This document shows positions 27,921 to 38,075 of a stretch of DNA of 64,000 nt, in pieces. The notes below the pieces were generated by a model. It worked only from the letters and a program-made list of their open reading frames with translations, was not told the origin of the DNA and ran no database searches. This DNA is from Firmicutes bacterium HGW-Firmicutes-8. Its GTDB lineage: Bacteria > Bacillota > Thermincolia > Thermincolales > UBA2595. The stretch is taken from the NCBI GenBank assembly GCA_002840165.1, contig PGZN01000005.1:7478-71477 (forward strand), given 5' to 3'. Made by a program: the position numbers and the translations under genes. The stretch's first letter is position 1, and the number at the start of each line of letters is the position of its first letter.

Positions 27921-29114
27921 TCAGGAATTAAGCTTTTCCAAAATCTTATCTGACATAAATTCAACCCTGCTCTCCCAGGAGTTCTCAAGGGCTCTGGCCA
28001 AACGGGCTTTTAGTTTCCCCGGTGTTTCTTCTTTAATGGCCCGTTCGATCCCATTGATAAACCCTTCGCTGTTATCAGCTGTTTCAATTACATCAGAGAA
28101 ACTGTCCACTCCTGGCATTTTCACCGAGACGATGGGTTTACCGGAGGCCAGGTATTCGTAAAACTTCAAAGGGCTGACCTTGTCTGTAAGGTCATTAATC
28201 TTAAAGGGATTGATACAGACATCAAAAGCCTTAATATAATTAGGCAGTTCCCGGACATCTTTACGGCCTAATAAATAAACATTCGGCAAAGAGCGAAGGG
28301 GGGAAACATCTATCCCCACACCCACTGGGCCGACCATCACGACCGACCATTCGGGGTGAGTAACAGCGATTTCCCGTACCAGGCCAAGGTCTATCCAGTC
28401 CTGGATTACTCCGACAAAACCGACAATTGATCCCGGTATCGAGGCTATTTCATTCGGGACAATGGTAGCAGGATCCTGGGCCTTCATAAAATGGCTTATA
28501 TCGGCGGCATTCGGCGAATAGTGGATTGACCGGGCCAGGTCTTTTTTGGCGTCATACAGGCCCTGGGCTGTAACGAAAACAACGTCACACTCAGCCATCA
28601 AATCATTCTCCATAACGGTCATCGTTTCCTTGTTTATCAATCCGGAATACTCTGAGTGTTCATCAACACAATCATAGACGAGAAGTTTTCGTTCCCCCAG
28701 TTTATCAATGAGGTCAGCCGAGTTCGGCATATAAGTCCATATTATCGGGGGCTTTATTTTTAACCGGGATATTACGTTTTTCAAAAACAGGGATATCCAG
28801 TACTGGTTAAAACGGTTTATAAAACGGTACTTGTTGCCGAATGGGATGATTACCGGCGGTGAGTATAAATATATATTTTCATTAAGCCGTCGGATTCCAG
28901 AAAACCACGAGCCCCATTTGCTCCACATCCTAGAGTCTTTAAAAGGAGATATCAGCGTAATCGGTGGCTCCACGTAAAGAATTGTATTAGACTTGGGCAG
29001 GCGTTTCATAACCTGCTGTTTCCTGGTTAGGAGCGGGTTCCAGTCCACAGACGATATGCAGATAATATGTTCATTTTCCAGGTTAGCCAAAATTAAGCCT
29101 CCAACATACAGCAT
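27921..29114 (-). CDS. Glycosyltransferase (GT1/GT4-like, TuaH-like)
   Basis: ..HIICISSVDWNPLLTRKQQVM.. N-terminus and a C-terminal GT-B region. The start is ambiguous (ATG 29114, TTG 29090 with GGAGG; the track gives 29186). Confidence 0.7.
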   Translation of the reverse strand: MLYVGGLILANLENEHIICISSVDWNPLLTRKQQVMKRLPKSNTILYVEPPITLISPFKDSRMWSKWGSWFSGIRRLNENIYLYSPPVIIPFGNKYRFINRFNQYWISLFLKNVISRLKIKPPIIWTYMPNSADLIDKLGERKLLVYDCVDEHSEYSGLINKETMTVMENDLMAECDVVFVTAQGLYDAKKDLARSIHYSPNAADISHFMKAQDPATIVPNEIASIPGSIVGFVGVIQDWIDLGLVREIAVTHPEWSVVMVGPVGVGIDVSPLRSLPNVYLLGRKDVRELPNYIKAFDVCINPFKINDLTDKVSPLKFYEYLASGKPIVSVKMPGVDSFSDVIETADNSEGFINGIERAIKEETPGKLKARLARALENSWESRVEFMSDKILEKLNS

Positions 29115-29315
29115 CTTTAGACATAAAGTACCTTTAATACGAGAAGACAGACGAAATTCTACCTTTTCTATAATATTACATGTCAAAAAAAAAGTAAAGG
29201 AACTGATGAGTAATGATTTCTTAACCTAAACTTAATGAACATGTAATACTCAGTTAACACAATCATACTACAATTTGATTGGGGTACTATGAAACATCCC
29301 GGGATGGTGGTATTA

Positions 29316-30029
29316 ATGCCTAAGATTCTGGTGGTGGACGACGAGAGGCATATTGTTGAGCTGATCAGGTTTAACCTGATCAAAGAGGGTTGGAGTATCG
29401 ATACGGCTTTTGACGGCCGCACTGCTTTAAACCAGGCGGCTACAAAAAAACCGGACCTGATTGTTTTGGATATTATGCTGCCGGAAGTGGACGGTTTTGA
29501 AGTATGCCGGTTACTGCGGGCTAATAGAGATACATCCTCAATTCCGATCATTATGCTCAGCGCCAAAACAGAGGAATTGGACAAAATACTGGGCCTGGAA
29601 ATAGGGGCTGATGACTATATGACCAAACCGTTCAGCCCACGTGAACTGGTAGCTCGAATTAAGGCCCGGCTGAGGGAAAAGAACTATGAAAACAAAATCA
29701 TTGTCAGGAGAGAATCTTTGATTAAAGTTGGCCATGTTTCATTAGATCCGGAGAACTTCGAAGCATGGGTAAATGGAGTAAAAAATAGTTTTACATTAAA
29801 GGAGTTTGAACTGCTTCGCCTGCTTATAACAAACCCTGGCCGGGTTTTTACGAGGGAGTTTTTACTGGAGATGGTGTGGGGTTATGAATACAGCCATGAC
29901 ACTAGAACCGTTGATGTGCATATCAGGCACCTCAGGCAAAAAATTGAGGATGACTCATCTAACCCTAAATATATTGAAACAATTAGAGGAGTAGGGTACA
30001 GATACAGGGAACAAAATAGTGTTCAATAG
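29316..30029 (+). CDS. OmpR/PhoB-family response regulator (PhoP-like); no cognate kinase gene adjacent
   Basis: MPKILVVDDE.., DLIVLDIMLPEVDG, KP motif, and winged-helix RTVDVHIRHLRQKIE..IETIRGVGYR. Confidence 0.85.
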   Translation: MPKILVVDDERHIVELIRFNLIKEGWSIDTAFDGRTALNQAATKKPDLIVLDIMLPEVDGFEVCRLLRANRDTSSIPIIMLSAKTEELDKILGLEIGADDYMTKPFSPRELVARIKARLREKNYENKIIVRRESLIKVGHVSLDPENFEAWVNGVKNSFTLKEFELLRLLITNPGRVFTREFLLEMVWGYEYSHDTRTVDVHIRHLRQKIEDDSSNPKYIETIRGVGYRYREQNSVQ

Positions 30030-30069
30030 GCAGAAATCAAAAACATCGATATTGGGGGGGCAGAGTTAA

Positions 30070-30492
30070 ATGGCCAAACCTATGGTATACTTTTTATGTA
30101 CCGGTAATTCGTGTCGAAGCCAAATGGCTGAAGGATATGCCAAAAAATACGGTGAAGGCAGGATCACTGTTTTCAGCGCCGGTATTGAGCAGCACAGCCT
30201 AAATCCCCTGGCGGTAAAAGCAATGGCGGAAGATGGTATTGACATTTCAAAGCAAACATCAGACCTGATTAATGAAGAAATCCTGAAGCACAGTGAGTAT
30301 ATAGTTACTCTTTGCGGTGATGCCAATGACAAATGCCCTGTCCCTCCGCCGGGTGTGCATAAGGAGCATTGGAATCTCAATGACCCGGCTAAAGCAGCCG
30401 GAAACGACCAGGAAATCATGGATGTTTTTAGGAAAGTAAGAAATGAAGTCAAGGCGAGGGTTGAGGATTTTCTTAACAGAATTGAGAAATAA
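30070..30492 (+). CDS. arsC: Arsenate reductase, thioredoxin-coupled LMW-PTPase family
   Basis: [14 protein letters not shown]-loop and downstream Cys pair ([11 protein letters not shown]). Confidence 0.85.
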   Translation: MAKPMVYFLCTGNSCRSQMAEGYAKKYGEGRITVFSAGIEQHSLNPLAVKAMAEDGIDISKQTSDLINEEILKHSEYIVTLCGDANDKCPVPPPGVHKEHWNLNDPAKAAGNDQEIMDVFRKVRNEVKARVEDFLNRIEK

Positions 30493-30508
30493 TAATTTTT
30501 TTCAAGAT

Positions 30509-30533
30509 GACACCTAAAGGTGTCGTTTTTTTG
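30509..30533 (+). terminator. Rho-independent terminator
   Basis: GACACC-TAAA-GGTGTC followed by T7. Confidence 0.8.
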
Positions 30534-30681
30534 TTGTTAGATTTTTAGTGTGCATTATGTTTATAATTATTTATTTTGATAGAAAATAAGCATAAAATAG
30601 AACATGCCACAAAATGTTAAAATTTTAGGGGTGTCCAAATTTGTTTACATTTGTTATAATTAATGTTGGAGTGTGGTGAAT

Positions 30682-31149
30682 ATGGACTTTATCAGTCCCA
30701 CTTTGGGCAGGATTACTGCAGACAGAATGTATGATGACATTACGGGTTTTATAAAAAAACACCCGCGGGACAGGTTTAGGTTAATTATCGGTACCGATTC
30801 CCAACCCGGAAAACAGACATGCTTTGTTACCGCTGTTATTATCCACCGGGAAGGAAAAGGCGCCAGGTGTTATTATCGCCGGTCTTACCATAAGACACCT
30901 CTCACCTTAAGGCACCGGATATTTGAAGAGGCTTCCCGCAGCCTGGAAATGGCGGGTAAGGTGATAGAATACATGGCCAATATGCACCCTGATATGACAA
31001 TTGAGATTCATGTCGATATCGGCGAAAAAGGCCAGACGAGGGAATTAATTCAACAGGTTGTAAGAATGATCAATATGAGTGGGTTCATGGCTAAGGTAAA
31101 ACCTTATTCTTACGGGGCCACAAAGGTAGCTGACCGGTTCACAAAATAG
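30682..31149 (+). CDS. YkuK-family RNase H-like protein (DUF458)
   Basis: ..FRLIIGTDSQPGKQTCFVTAVIIHREGKGARCYYRR.. is a typical DUF458 core. ATG 30682 lies 10 nt after GGAG. Confidence 0.7.
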   Translation: MDFISPTLGRITADRMYDDITGFIKKHPRDRFRLIIGTDSQPGKQTCFVTAVIIHREGKGARCYYRRSYHKTPLTLRHRIFEEASRSLEMAGKVIEYMANMHPDMTIEIHVDIGEKGQTRELIQQVVRMINMSGFMAKVKPYSYGATKVADRFTK

Positions 31150-31194
31150 ACTGGCTGTCATATGTCATATCGGTTGTATGGTGACAGCATTTTC

Positions 31195-31211
31195 TTAACG
31201 AAAAATTAACA
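31195..31211 (+). promoter_or_regulatory. Putative PhoP-box dimer (TTAACG-N5-TTAACA) upstream of pstB-phoU
   Basis: Two TT(A/T/C)ACA-like hexamers with 11-bp periodicity, followed by TATGATAAT as a -10 candidate. The model is the B. subtilis Pho box. Confidence 0.45.
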
Positions 31212-31309
31212 ATATGATAATATGAAGATAATAATTAAATGATATAGTAGAGTCGGCTCTTGTGGCCGACTTTTTGCTTTACTTTAAAAAGATAGGGGGA
31301 CTAATCGGT

Positions 31310-32065
31310 ATGTCTTCCAAGATTAAGGTAAACAACCTTTACCTTTACTACGGCGATTTTTGTGCTTTAAACAATGTCAATATGGACATTCAACCCAATC
31401 AGGTAACGGCCTTGATTGGGCCTTCAGGCTGTGGGAAGTCAACCTTTCTGCGTACATTAAATAGAATGAATGACCTCATCGATATTTGTAAAATTGTCGG
31501 TGAGGTAATCATCGATGGTGAAAATATTCTAGATCCCGAAATGGATGTGGTCCAGCTCAGGAAAAGAGTCTGCATGGTATTTCAAAGGCCCAACCCGTTT
31601 CCGATGACGGTATATGACAATGTAGCGTATGGTCCCAGGATACACGGAATGAAAGAGAAAAGTAAACTGGATGAGATTGTGGAAAAAAGCCTCAAAGCGT
31701 CAGCTTTGTGGGGGGAAGTCAAAGACAGGTTGAAAAAACCGGCTTTAGGCCTTTCCGGGGGGCAGCAGCAGAGGCTCTGCATCGCCAGGCTGCTGGCGAT
31801 AGAGCCGGAAGTTTTGCTGATGGATGAGCCCACCTCTGCCCTGGACCCGATTTCCACCCTCAAGATAGAAGAACTGATGGAAGAACTCAAACAGAAATAC
31901 ACCATAATTATTGTCACTCATAATATGCAGCAGGCCGCCAGGGTATCTGACTATACAGGCTTTTTCCTTACTGGTGATATGGTCGAATTTGATGTTACGG
32001 AAAATATTTTCACGAAACCGTGTGATAAGCGAACAGAGGATTACATTACCGGGCGTTTCGGATAG
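31310..32065 (+). CDS. pstB: Phosphate ABC transporter ATP-binding protein
   Basis: Walker [18 protein letters not shown], PstB-specific N-terminus. RBS AGGGGGA precedes ATG 31310; the longer track ORF would include an upstream hairpin. Confidence 0.9.
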   Translation: MSSKIKVNNLYLYYGDFCALNNVNMDIQPNQVTALIGPSGCGKSTFLRTLNRMNDLIDICKIVGEVIIDGENILDPEMDVVQLRKRVCMVFQRPNPFPMTVYDNVAYGPRIHGMKEKSKLDEIVEKSLKASALWGEVKDRLKKPALGLSGGQQQRLCIARLLAIEPEVLLMDEPTSALDPISTLKIEELMEELKQKYTIIIVTHNMQQAARVSDYTGFFLTGDMVEFDVTENIFTKPCDKRTEDYITGRFG

Positions 32066-32116
32066 AATCCGCGGAGCAGTTCACTGACAAATAAACAAAA
32101 AAAGGAGAGAGTTGAT

Positions 32117-32779
32117 ATGAGTTCCACGAGGCATTCTTTTGACCAGGCCCTGGAAGAGCTCCAGCAGGAAATATTAAGAATGGGGAGTCTGGTAGAACAG
32201 GCCATCTACAATTCTGTTCATTCCCTGGCTTCCAAGAACGTCCCTCTGGCTGAAGAAGTAATCAAGGGGGACAGGGTTATTGACCAGATGGAAACAGACA
32301 TCGAGTATATGTGCCTTAAGTTGATAGCCACACAGCAGCCTATTGCCGGAGACCTCAGAAAAATCAGTACCGGGTTTAAAATCATTACAGACCTTGAGCG
32401 GATGGCTGATCATGCTGTAGATATTGCCAAAGTGACCAGGCGGATAGCCGGACAGCCTTTAATTAAACCCCTGGTTGATATCCCAAGAATGGCAGCCTTA
32501 AGTCAGCAGATGGTTAAAGACGGTTTGGATGCATATGTAAAAGGCGATGTTGAATTAGCTAAAACCCTCAATGATAAGGACGATCAGGTAGACCATATAT
32601 ACTCCCAGATTTTTAGGGAACTTTTGACCTATATGATGGAAGACCCCAGGACAATTACGCAGGCAACGTATCTAATTCTGGTCGGAAGGTATATCGAAAG
32701 AATCGCCGACCATGCCACAAATATCGGTGAACGAGTAATCTACCTTGTCACCGGAGAGCGTCCTGACCTGAATGAATAA
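32117..32779 (+). CDS. phoU: Phosphate signalling complex protein PhoU
   Basis: Two PhoU repeats (E..D..ID, ADHA.NI). Confidence 0.9.
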   Translation: MSSTRHSFDQALEELQQEILRMGSLVEQAIYNSVHSLASKNVPLAEEVIKGDRVIDQMETDIEYMCLKLIATQQPIAGDLRKISTGFKIITDLERMADHAVDIAKVTRRIAGQPLIKPLVDIPRMAALSQQMVKDGLDAYVKGDVELAKTLNDKDDQVDHIYSQIFRELLTYMMEDPRTITQATYLILVGRYIERIADHATNIGERVIYLVTGERPDLNE

Positions 32780-32782
32780 GTT

Positions 32783-32821
32783 TTTACCGAACCTTAACCG
32801 AACCTTAACTCTTAGTTCATG
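32783..32821 (+). promoter_or_regulatory. Putative tandem PhoP boxes (4 hexamers, 11-bp phasing) upstream of pstS
   Basis: TTTACC-gaacc-TTAACC-gaacc-TTAACT-cttag-TTCATG, with TATAAT at 32842-32847 and no obvious -35. Confidence 0.55.
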
Positions 32822-32910
32822 GTATTTTTACAGGTATGTCTTATAATCACAAGTGTGGTTATTTGATAACCAAAAAATGACCGCCAGAAAAAGGAGGAGA
32901 AAGCGTTAAT

Positions 32911-33789
32911 ATGATGACTTTAAAAAGGTTCAAAATTGTTGTGATCTTGGTAGCTGCATTGGTGGTTACAGTCGCAGTGGTTGGGTGCAGCGGCAGCAAG
33001 AGCGAGGACAAGGCTGCCACAGATGGGACAGAAAATGCTGGCCAGACCGGGGGACAAATCAAGGGGACCGTAAAGGTTGCAGGTTCCTCATCAGTACAGC
33101 CGTTGGCCGAAGAGCTGGCAGAAGCGTTTATGGAAAAGAACCAGGACGTAACAGTAAGTGTACAGGGTGGAGGTTCCAGCGCCGGGATTGAATCAGCAAA
33201 TAAAGGAACCGCTCAGATCGGAACTTCTTCCAGGGAATTAAAACCTGAAGAAAAAGGCTATGGCCTAAAAGAAACAGTTATTGCCAAAGACGGTATCGCA
33301 GTTATCGTTAATTCCGGGAATAAAGTTACAGCTCTAACCAAAGAGCAGATCAAGAAAATATTTGCCGGTGAAGTGAAGGATTGGAGTGAAGTTGGCGACC
33401 TAAAGGGACCGATAACTGTAGTTGTTCGTGAGGAAGGTTCAGGAACCAGAGATGCTTTTCAGGAAATTGTACTCAGCAAAGAGGTTAAGTTTATCAGTAA
33501 TGCGGTTGTACAGAATTCCACAGGGGCTATAAAAACGGCAGTAACCAAAGACATTAATGCCATCGGATTTATTTCCAGCGGTTCGGTGGACAGTGCCGTT
33601 AAAGCCCTCAGTGTAGACGGGGTGCTGCCTTCTGAGGCTACTGTACTGAACGGATCATATAAGATTTCCAGGCCGTTCCTTTTCCTGACCAAAAGCGAAC
33701 CTGATGCGGCTGCCAAGGCTTTCATTGACTATGTATTAAGTGAAGAAGGCCAGAAAATAGTATCCGAAAAATTCGTCAAAGTAAAATAA
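32911..33789 (+). CDS. pstS: Phosphate ABC transporter substrate-binding lipoprotein
   Basis: Lipobox VVGC, and PBP-like SGTRDAF and GSSSVQP motifs. Confidence 0.9.
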   Translation: MMTLKRFKIVVILVAALVVTVAVVGCSGSKSEDKAATDGTENAGQTGGQIKGTVKVAGSSSVQPLAEELAEAFMEKNQDVTVSVQGGGSSAGIESANKGTAQIGTSSRELKPEEKGYGLKETVIAKDGIAVIVNSGNKVTALTKEQIKKIFAGEVKDWSEVGDLKGPITVVVREEGSGTRDAFQEIVLSKEVKFISNAVVQNSTGAIKTAVTKDINAIGFISSGSVDSAVKALSVDGVLPSEATVLNGSYKISRPFLFLTKSEPDAAAKAFIDYVLSEEGQKIVSEKFVKVK

Positions 33790-33820
33790 TAACCCTGTCC
33801 CTGTTTGGAGTGGATACTCA

Positions 33821-34714
33821 ATGAATTACAAAACAAAAGAAAAAATATATGAAAAAATCCTGCTTACCAGCGCCTTTGTTTCTGTTATTACGATAATTCT
33901 GATCGGCGGGTTTGTATTTAAAGAAGGCGCGCCCTTAATTGCCAAAGTCGGGTTGGTTAAATTTTTGTTTGGTACCCAGTGGTTTCCCACATCTGGGGAA
34001 TATGGAATTTTCCCCATGATCCTCGGGACCTTTGCGGTGACTCTTGTGGCCCTGGCCATGGGTGTGCCGCTTGGTGTTTCTACGGCAATATTCCTGGCCG
34101 AATTTGCTCCGCCAAAAGTGACCAGAGTAGTCCGGCCGGCCGTTGAACTTCTGGCCGGAATACCTTCTGTTGTTTATGGGTTGTTTGGGATGGTTATTGT
34201 CAATGACATCATAATGTATGTGGAAAGAACATACCTGGCCGGTATCTTGAAACCCGAATACCAGCGCGGTTACAGTATCCTGTCAGCTTCCATAATCCTG
34301 GCCATAATGATCTTGCCGACAGTAATCAACATCTCAGAAGATGCCATCAGGTCTGTCCCCAATGAATACAAGGAAGCTTCCCTGGCCTTGGGGGCTACGG
34401 AGTGGCAGACGATATACAAGGTTCTCCTGCCGGCGGCAAGTTCGGGTATTGTTGCCGCGGTGGTGCTCGGGATGGGACGGGCAATCGGAGAGACCATGGC
34501 TGTTATCATGGTAGCTGGCAATACGGTGGCTGTTCCTGATTCCATTTTTGCTCCGGTCAGAACCCTGACTGGAAATATCGCTATCGAAATGGGCTATGCC
34601 TCCGGAGACCACGTGAGGGCACTGTTTGCGACAGGGATTGTACTGTTTGTAATAATAATGGTGCTTAACTCAGTGGCGACTTTTATCGCCAAAAAAGGGG
34701 TGAGCAGGTCATGA
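33821..34714 (+). CDS. pstC: Phosphate ABC transporter permease PstC
   Basis: Six-TM permease with an EAA-like loop (EASLALGATEWQTIYKVLLP). Confidence 0.9.
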   Translation: MNYKTKEKIYEKILLTSAFVSVITIILIGGFVFKEGAPLIAKVGLVKFLFGTQWFPTSGEYGIFPMILGTFAVTLVALAMGVPLGVSTAIFLAEFAPPKVTRVVRPAVELLAGIPSVVYGLFGMVIVNDIIMYVERTYLAGILKPEYQRGYSILSASIILAIMILPTVINISEDAIRSVPNEYKEASLALGATEWQTIYKVLLPAASSGIVAAVVLGMGRAIGETMAVIMVAGNTVAVPDSIFAPVRTLTGNIAIEMGYASGDHVRALFATGIVLFVIIMVLNSVATFIAKKGVSRS

Positions 34715-35553
34715 TGTCTGTCAAAACCACCCAGAAAATGGCCAAAGCTGCCCTGTGGACGGCCGGGTTTTGTACTGTAGCGGTCCTATCACTGGTCATA
34801 GGTTATGTTATGTTTGAGGGTATTCCTCATGTAAACTGGCAGTTCCTGACGATGAAGCCCAAGAAAATGGGCTCAGAAGGCGGCATCTTCCCAATCATTG
34901 TTTCTACGATTTACTTTACTGCGCTGACCTTGGCCATAGCCACCCCAATCGGTGTGGGAGCTGCTATTTACCTGACCGAATACACAAGAGAAGGAAAAAT
35001 TACTAAGATTATCAGATTTGGCACCGAAGCCCTGGCCGGAATACCTTCAATAGTGTTCGGGCTATTTGGTTTCGCTTTTTTTGTCATTGCTCTTGAACCG
35101 ATAACCCGCGGTTGGTCTCTGCTGTCAGGGGCGCTGACCGGGGCTACAATGATTTTACCCACCCTCATAAGGACGTCGGAAGAGGCTATCAAAACCGTAC
35201 CTGTTTCATACCGGGAAGGCAGTCTGGCTCTCGGGGCCACTAAATGGCAGACAATATGCAGAGTTGTCCTGCCGAGCGCCCTGCCGGGAATTGTGACCGG
35301 TGTTATATTATCTATCGGCAGGGTTGTGGGGGAGACGGCAGCCCTGATGCTCACCCTTGGCGGCTCGATGAGAATGCCTGGCAGTATCTTTGACTCAGCC
35401 CGGACGATGTCTATGCACCTTTATCTGGTTGCTCTTGAGGTCGGCACCAAACCGGCCCTCGATAAGGCCTTCGCCACTGCTACTGTTCTTATTTTAACGA
35501 TATTCATCATAAACACAACAGCCAACTGGCTAATGAAACATTTCATTTCGTAG
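34711..35553 (+). CDS. pstA: Phosphate ABC transporter permease PstA
   Basis: EGSLALGATKWQTICRVVLP motif. ATGA overlap with the pstC stop. Confidence 0.9.
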   Translation: MMSVKTTQKMAKAALWTAGFCTVAVLSLVIGYVMFEGIPHVNWQFLTMKPKKMGSEGGIFPIIVSTIYFTALTLAIATPIGVGAAIYLTEYTREGKITKIIRFGTEALAGIPSIVFGLFGFAFFVIALEPITRGWSLLSGALTGATMILPTLIRTSEEAIKTVPVSYREGSLALGATKWQTICRVVLPSALPGIVTGVILSIGRVVGETAALMLTLGGSMRMPGSIFDSARTMSMHLYLVALEVGTKPALDKAFATATVLILTIFIINTTANWLMKHFIS

Positions 35554-35620
35554 GGGCTTCCCCAATTTGGCGGAATCGCCGGGGGAGGTTTTGGGCAAGA
35601 TAAGCTCAAAAAAGGAGTGA

Positions 35621-36013
35621 TTGTCTGTGCCCAGTCCTATTGTCAAATGCGAGGTCAAGAGTTGCAACCATTGGCTTCCGGGAGATTATTGCGGTGCGGA
35701 AAACATCGATATCTTAAATGAGGAAGAAGAAAAAATGTCTGATACGGCCGAACAGACAGAGTGTAAGACCTTTTCCGAAAGAAAAGGAGTTGCCAACATG
35801 ATTGGCACGCTTGATAATGTCAACTGGGGGGGCCTGGCTGCAGGTATGTTCCTGGATGGACAGCAGGTTACTCCAACGGTTACCTGTATAGTTAACAGCT
35901 GTATTTTTTGGGAAGACGGTGACCTTTGCAATGCCGGAAATATTTCAGTTACCGGCCGGCACGCAAGGGAATGCCAGGATACTAACTGCTATACTTTTAA
36001 GAACAGGGATTAA
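35621..36013 (+). CDS. DUF1540 domain protein (two repeats)
   Basis: Two copies of the V.C.V.SC..W..GD.C.A..I.. Cys pattern. The start may be GTG 35627. Confidence 0.65.
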   Translation: MSVPSPIVKCEVKSCNHWLPGDYCGAENIDILNEEEEKMSDTAEQTECKTFSERKGVANMIGTLDNVNWGGLAAGMFLDGQQVTPTVTCIVNSCIFWEDGDLCNAGNISVTGRHARECQDTNCYTFKNRD

Positions 36014-36222
36014 GGATGAGGGGGACTGTCTCATAATTAAAGAGACGGTCCTTCTGTTTATCACACCTCCGCAGTCTTACATAAATATTTTTGACAACTG
36101 GTTTTAGAGTTAGTTTTGGACAAGATATCTAAAAATATATATGATTAAAATCGATTTTTAAGAAATAATATGTTATAATTCTATTATGTTAAAATTTCCA
36201 TCTATAGAGGTGATGGGAAGAA

Positions 36223-36774
36223 TTGCGGGTTATTACCGGTACAGCCAAAGGACGCAAATTAAAAGCTCCAAAGGGTAAAGAAACACGTCCGACTTCGGAC
36301 CGGACCAAAGAATCCATTTTTAATATCATTGGCCCCAGGGTTATAAATGCAAAATTTCTGGACTTGTATGCAGGGACAGGAGCAATCGGTATCGAAGCAC
36401 TTAGTAGAGGCGCCGATTTATCTGTGTTTATTGAAAAAAACCCGCAGGCCGTCAAAAACATTAAAAGTAATCTTGAACTGACAGGTCTGGCAGACCGGGC
36501 TGAGGTTATCAGACAGGAGGCCGAGAAGGCCGTTAATATGCTGGCGGCATGGGAAAGAACGTTTGATATCATTTTTGTTGACCCTCCTTATCTTAAGGGA
36601 TTAGTAAATGAAAGCTTATTAAAAATTAATAAGAGTAGATTGCTCGCCTCCGGGGGAGTAGTCATTACAGAGAGCAACAAGTTGGATGTACTGCCTGTAC
36701 AAGCAGGGCTGTTAAAAATGGTCAGACATGAAAAGTACGGTGATACAATCCTATCGTTTTACCAGGAAATTTGA
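36223..36774 (+). CDS. rsmD: 16S rRNA (guanine966-N2)-methyltransferase RsmD
   Basis: MRVITGTAKGRKLK, DLYAGTGAIGIEALSRG and DPPY motifs. Located upstream of coaD, as B. subtilis ylbH is. Confidence 0.85.
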   Translation: MRVITGTAKGRKLKAPKGKETRPTSDRTKESIFNIIGPRVINAKFLDLYAGTGAIGIEALSRGADLSVFIEKNPQAVKNIKSNLELTGLADRAEVIRQEAEKAVNMLAAWERTFDIIFVDPPYLKGLVNESLLKINKSRLLASGGVVITESNKLDVLPVQAGLLKMVRHEKYGDTILSFYQEI

Positions 36775-36800
36775 CAACTTTTACTGAGAGGATGAATCTG

Positions 36801-37298
36801 ATGAAACTGGCGATCTGCCCGGGAAGTTTTGACCCGGTTACGAACGGGCACGTTGATATCATTAAACGGGCTGCCCTCCTGTTTGACCATATAATAGTCG
36901 CCGTCTCAGTTAATTCGGGTAAAAAGCCGCTCTTTACGGAGAAAGAACGGGTAGAGCTGTTGAAATCGGTGCTTAAACCATTTAATAACGTATCTGTAGA
37001 CAGTTTCGAGGGTCTGACCGTTAACTACACGGCTCAGAAAAATGCTCAGGCTATCATTCGTGGATTACGGGCGATCTCTGATTTTGAAAACGAGTTTCAG
37101 ATGGCCCTTACGAACAAAAAACTGCAGCCTAAAGTTGAAACTGTTTTTATGATGGCTCAGGCCCAATGGTCATTCTTAAGTTCCAGTGTAGTCAAAGAGG
37201 TTGCTTCGTTCGGAGGGTGTATCACAGATTTGGTCCCGCCGTTAATAGAGAAAAGGTTAAAAGAAAAGTTTTCTGCTTTACACCCCGGAAAAAACTAA
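36801..37298 (+). CDS. coaD: Phosphopantetheine adenylyltransferase
   Basis: MKLAICPGSFDPVTNGHVDII signature. Confidence 0.9.
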   Translation: MKLAICPGSFDPVTNGHVDIIKRAALLFDHIIVAVSVNSGKKPLFTEKERVELLKSVLKPFNNVSVDSFEGLTVNYTAQKNAQAIIRGLRAISDFENEFQMALTNKKLQPKVETVFMMAQAQWSFLSSSVVKEVASFGGCITDLVPPLIEKRLKEKFSALHPGKN

Positions 37299-37319
37299 GT
37301 TCGTAGGAGGGTTGGACAG

Positions 37320-37802
37320 ATGGATATCCTGGACGTCTTGAATGAGTTGGAGGAATTGGTAGAAGAGAGTACTAAGATCCCATTGGTACGTAAAATCATG
37401 GTTGATGATGAACTTATCCTTGATATGATTGATCATATCAGGACCGCCTTGCCTGAAGAGATGAGGATGGCCAAGTCGATTTCTGCAGAACGGGAGAAAA
37501 TTATTGAAGAAGCCAGGCTGGAAGCGAAAAGGATTGTCTCAGAAGCCAAGGAAGAATTGAACAGAATGGCCGGTGAGAATGAATTGGTCAAACAGGCCCG
37601 CCAGCAGGCATCGGAATTAATTGAGCAGGCCAAGGCCCTGTCGAGGGAAATCAAAATTGGGGCGTACCAGTTTGCCGATGATTTATTGCTGAGCAGTGAG
37701 GAAACCCTTGATAAGGCTCTGACTCAGGTTAAGAGCGCCAGGAGCGAACTCCGTAAACCTCCTAAGAGTATTGAACAGGAAGCCGCCATCACGAAACAAT
37801 AG
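37320..37802 (+). CDS. Hypothetical coiled-coil protein
   Basis: 160-aa Glu/Lys/Ala-rich helical ORF with RBS GTAGGAGGG. I cannot name a family confidently. Confidence 0.55.
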   Translation: MDILDVLNELEELVEESTKIPLVRKIMVDDELILDMIDHIRTALPEEMRMAKSISAEREKIIEEARLEAKRIVSEAKEELNRMAGENELVKQARQQASELIEQAKALSREIKIGAYQFADDLLLSSEETLDKALTQVKSARSELRKPPKSIEQEAAITKQ

Positions 37803-37835
37803 GACTCGGCAGGAGTGTAGCCGTTGCTATAAAAA

Positions 37836-37870
37836 CAAACCCCTCCTCTACTAAGAGGCGGGGTTTTTTA
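37836..37870 (+). terminator. Rho-independent terminator
   Basis: AACCCCTCCTC / GAGGCGGGGTT stem followed by a T run. Confidence 0.8.
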
Positions 37871-38075
37871 CATATTTTTGCCTACCGGTACGTGACCTTT
37901 ATTTAGGCTCTGATGAACGGTTATTAGACATTTATATACATAATTCCTCCCCTTTTTCACTTCCTAGTATGGGTTATTTGTTTCTCTCTGTGTCCTCTAT
38001 TTTCACTGAATCATTCGAACCTCTGTGCGCTCTGTGTTTTCTTTTTTTTCATTTTTTGTCGGTTTTATTTATTGG

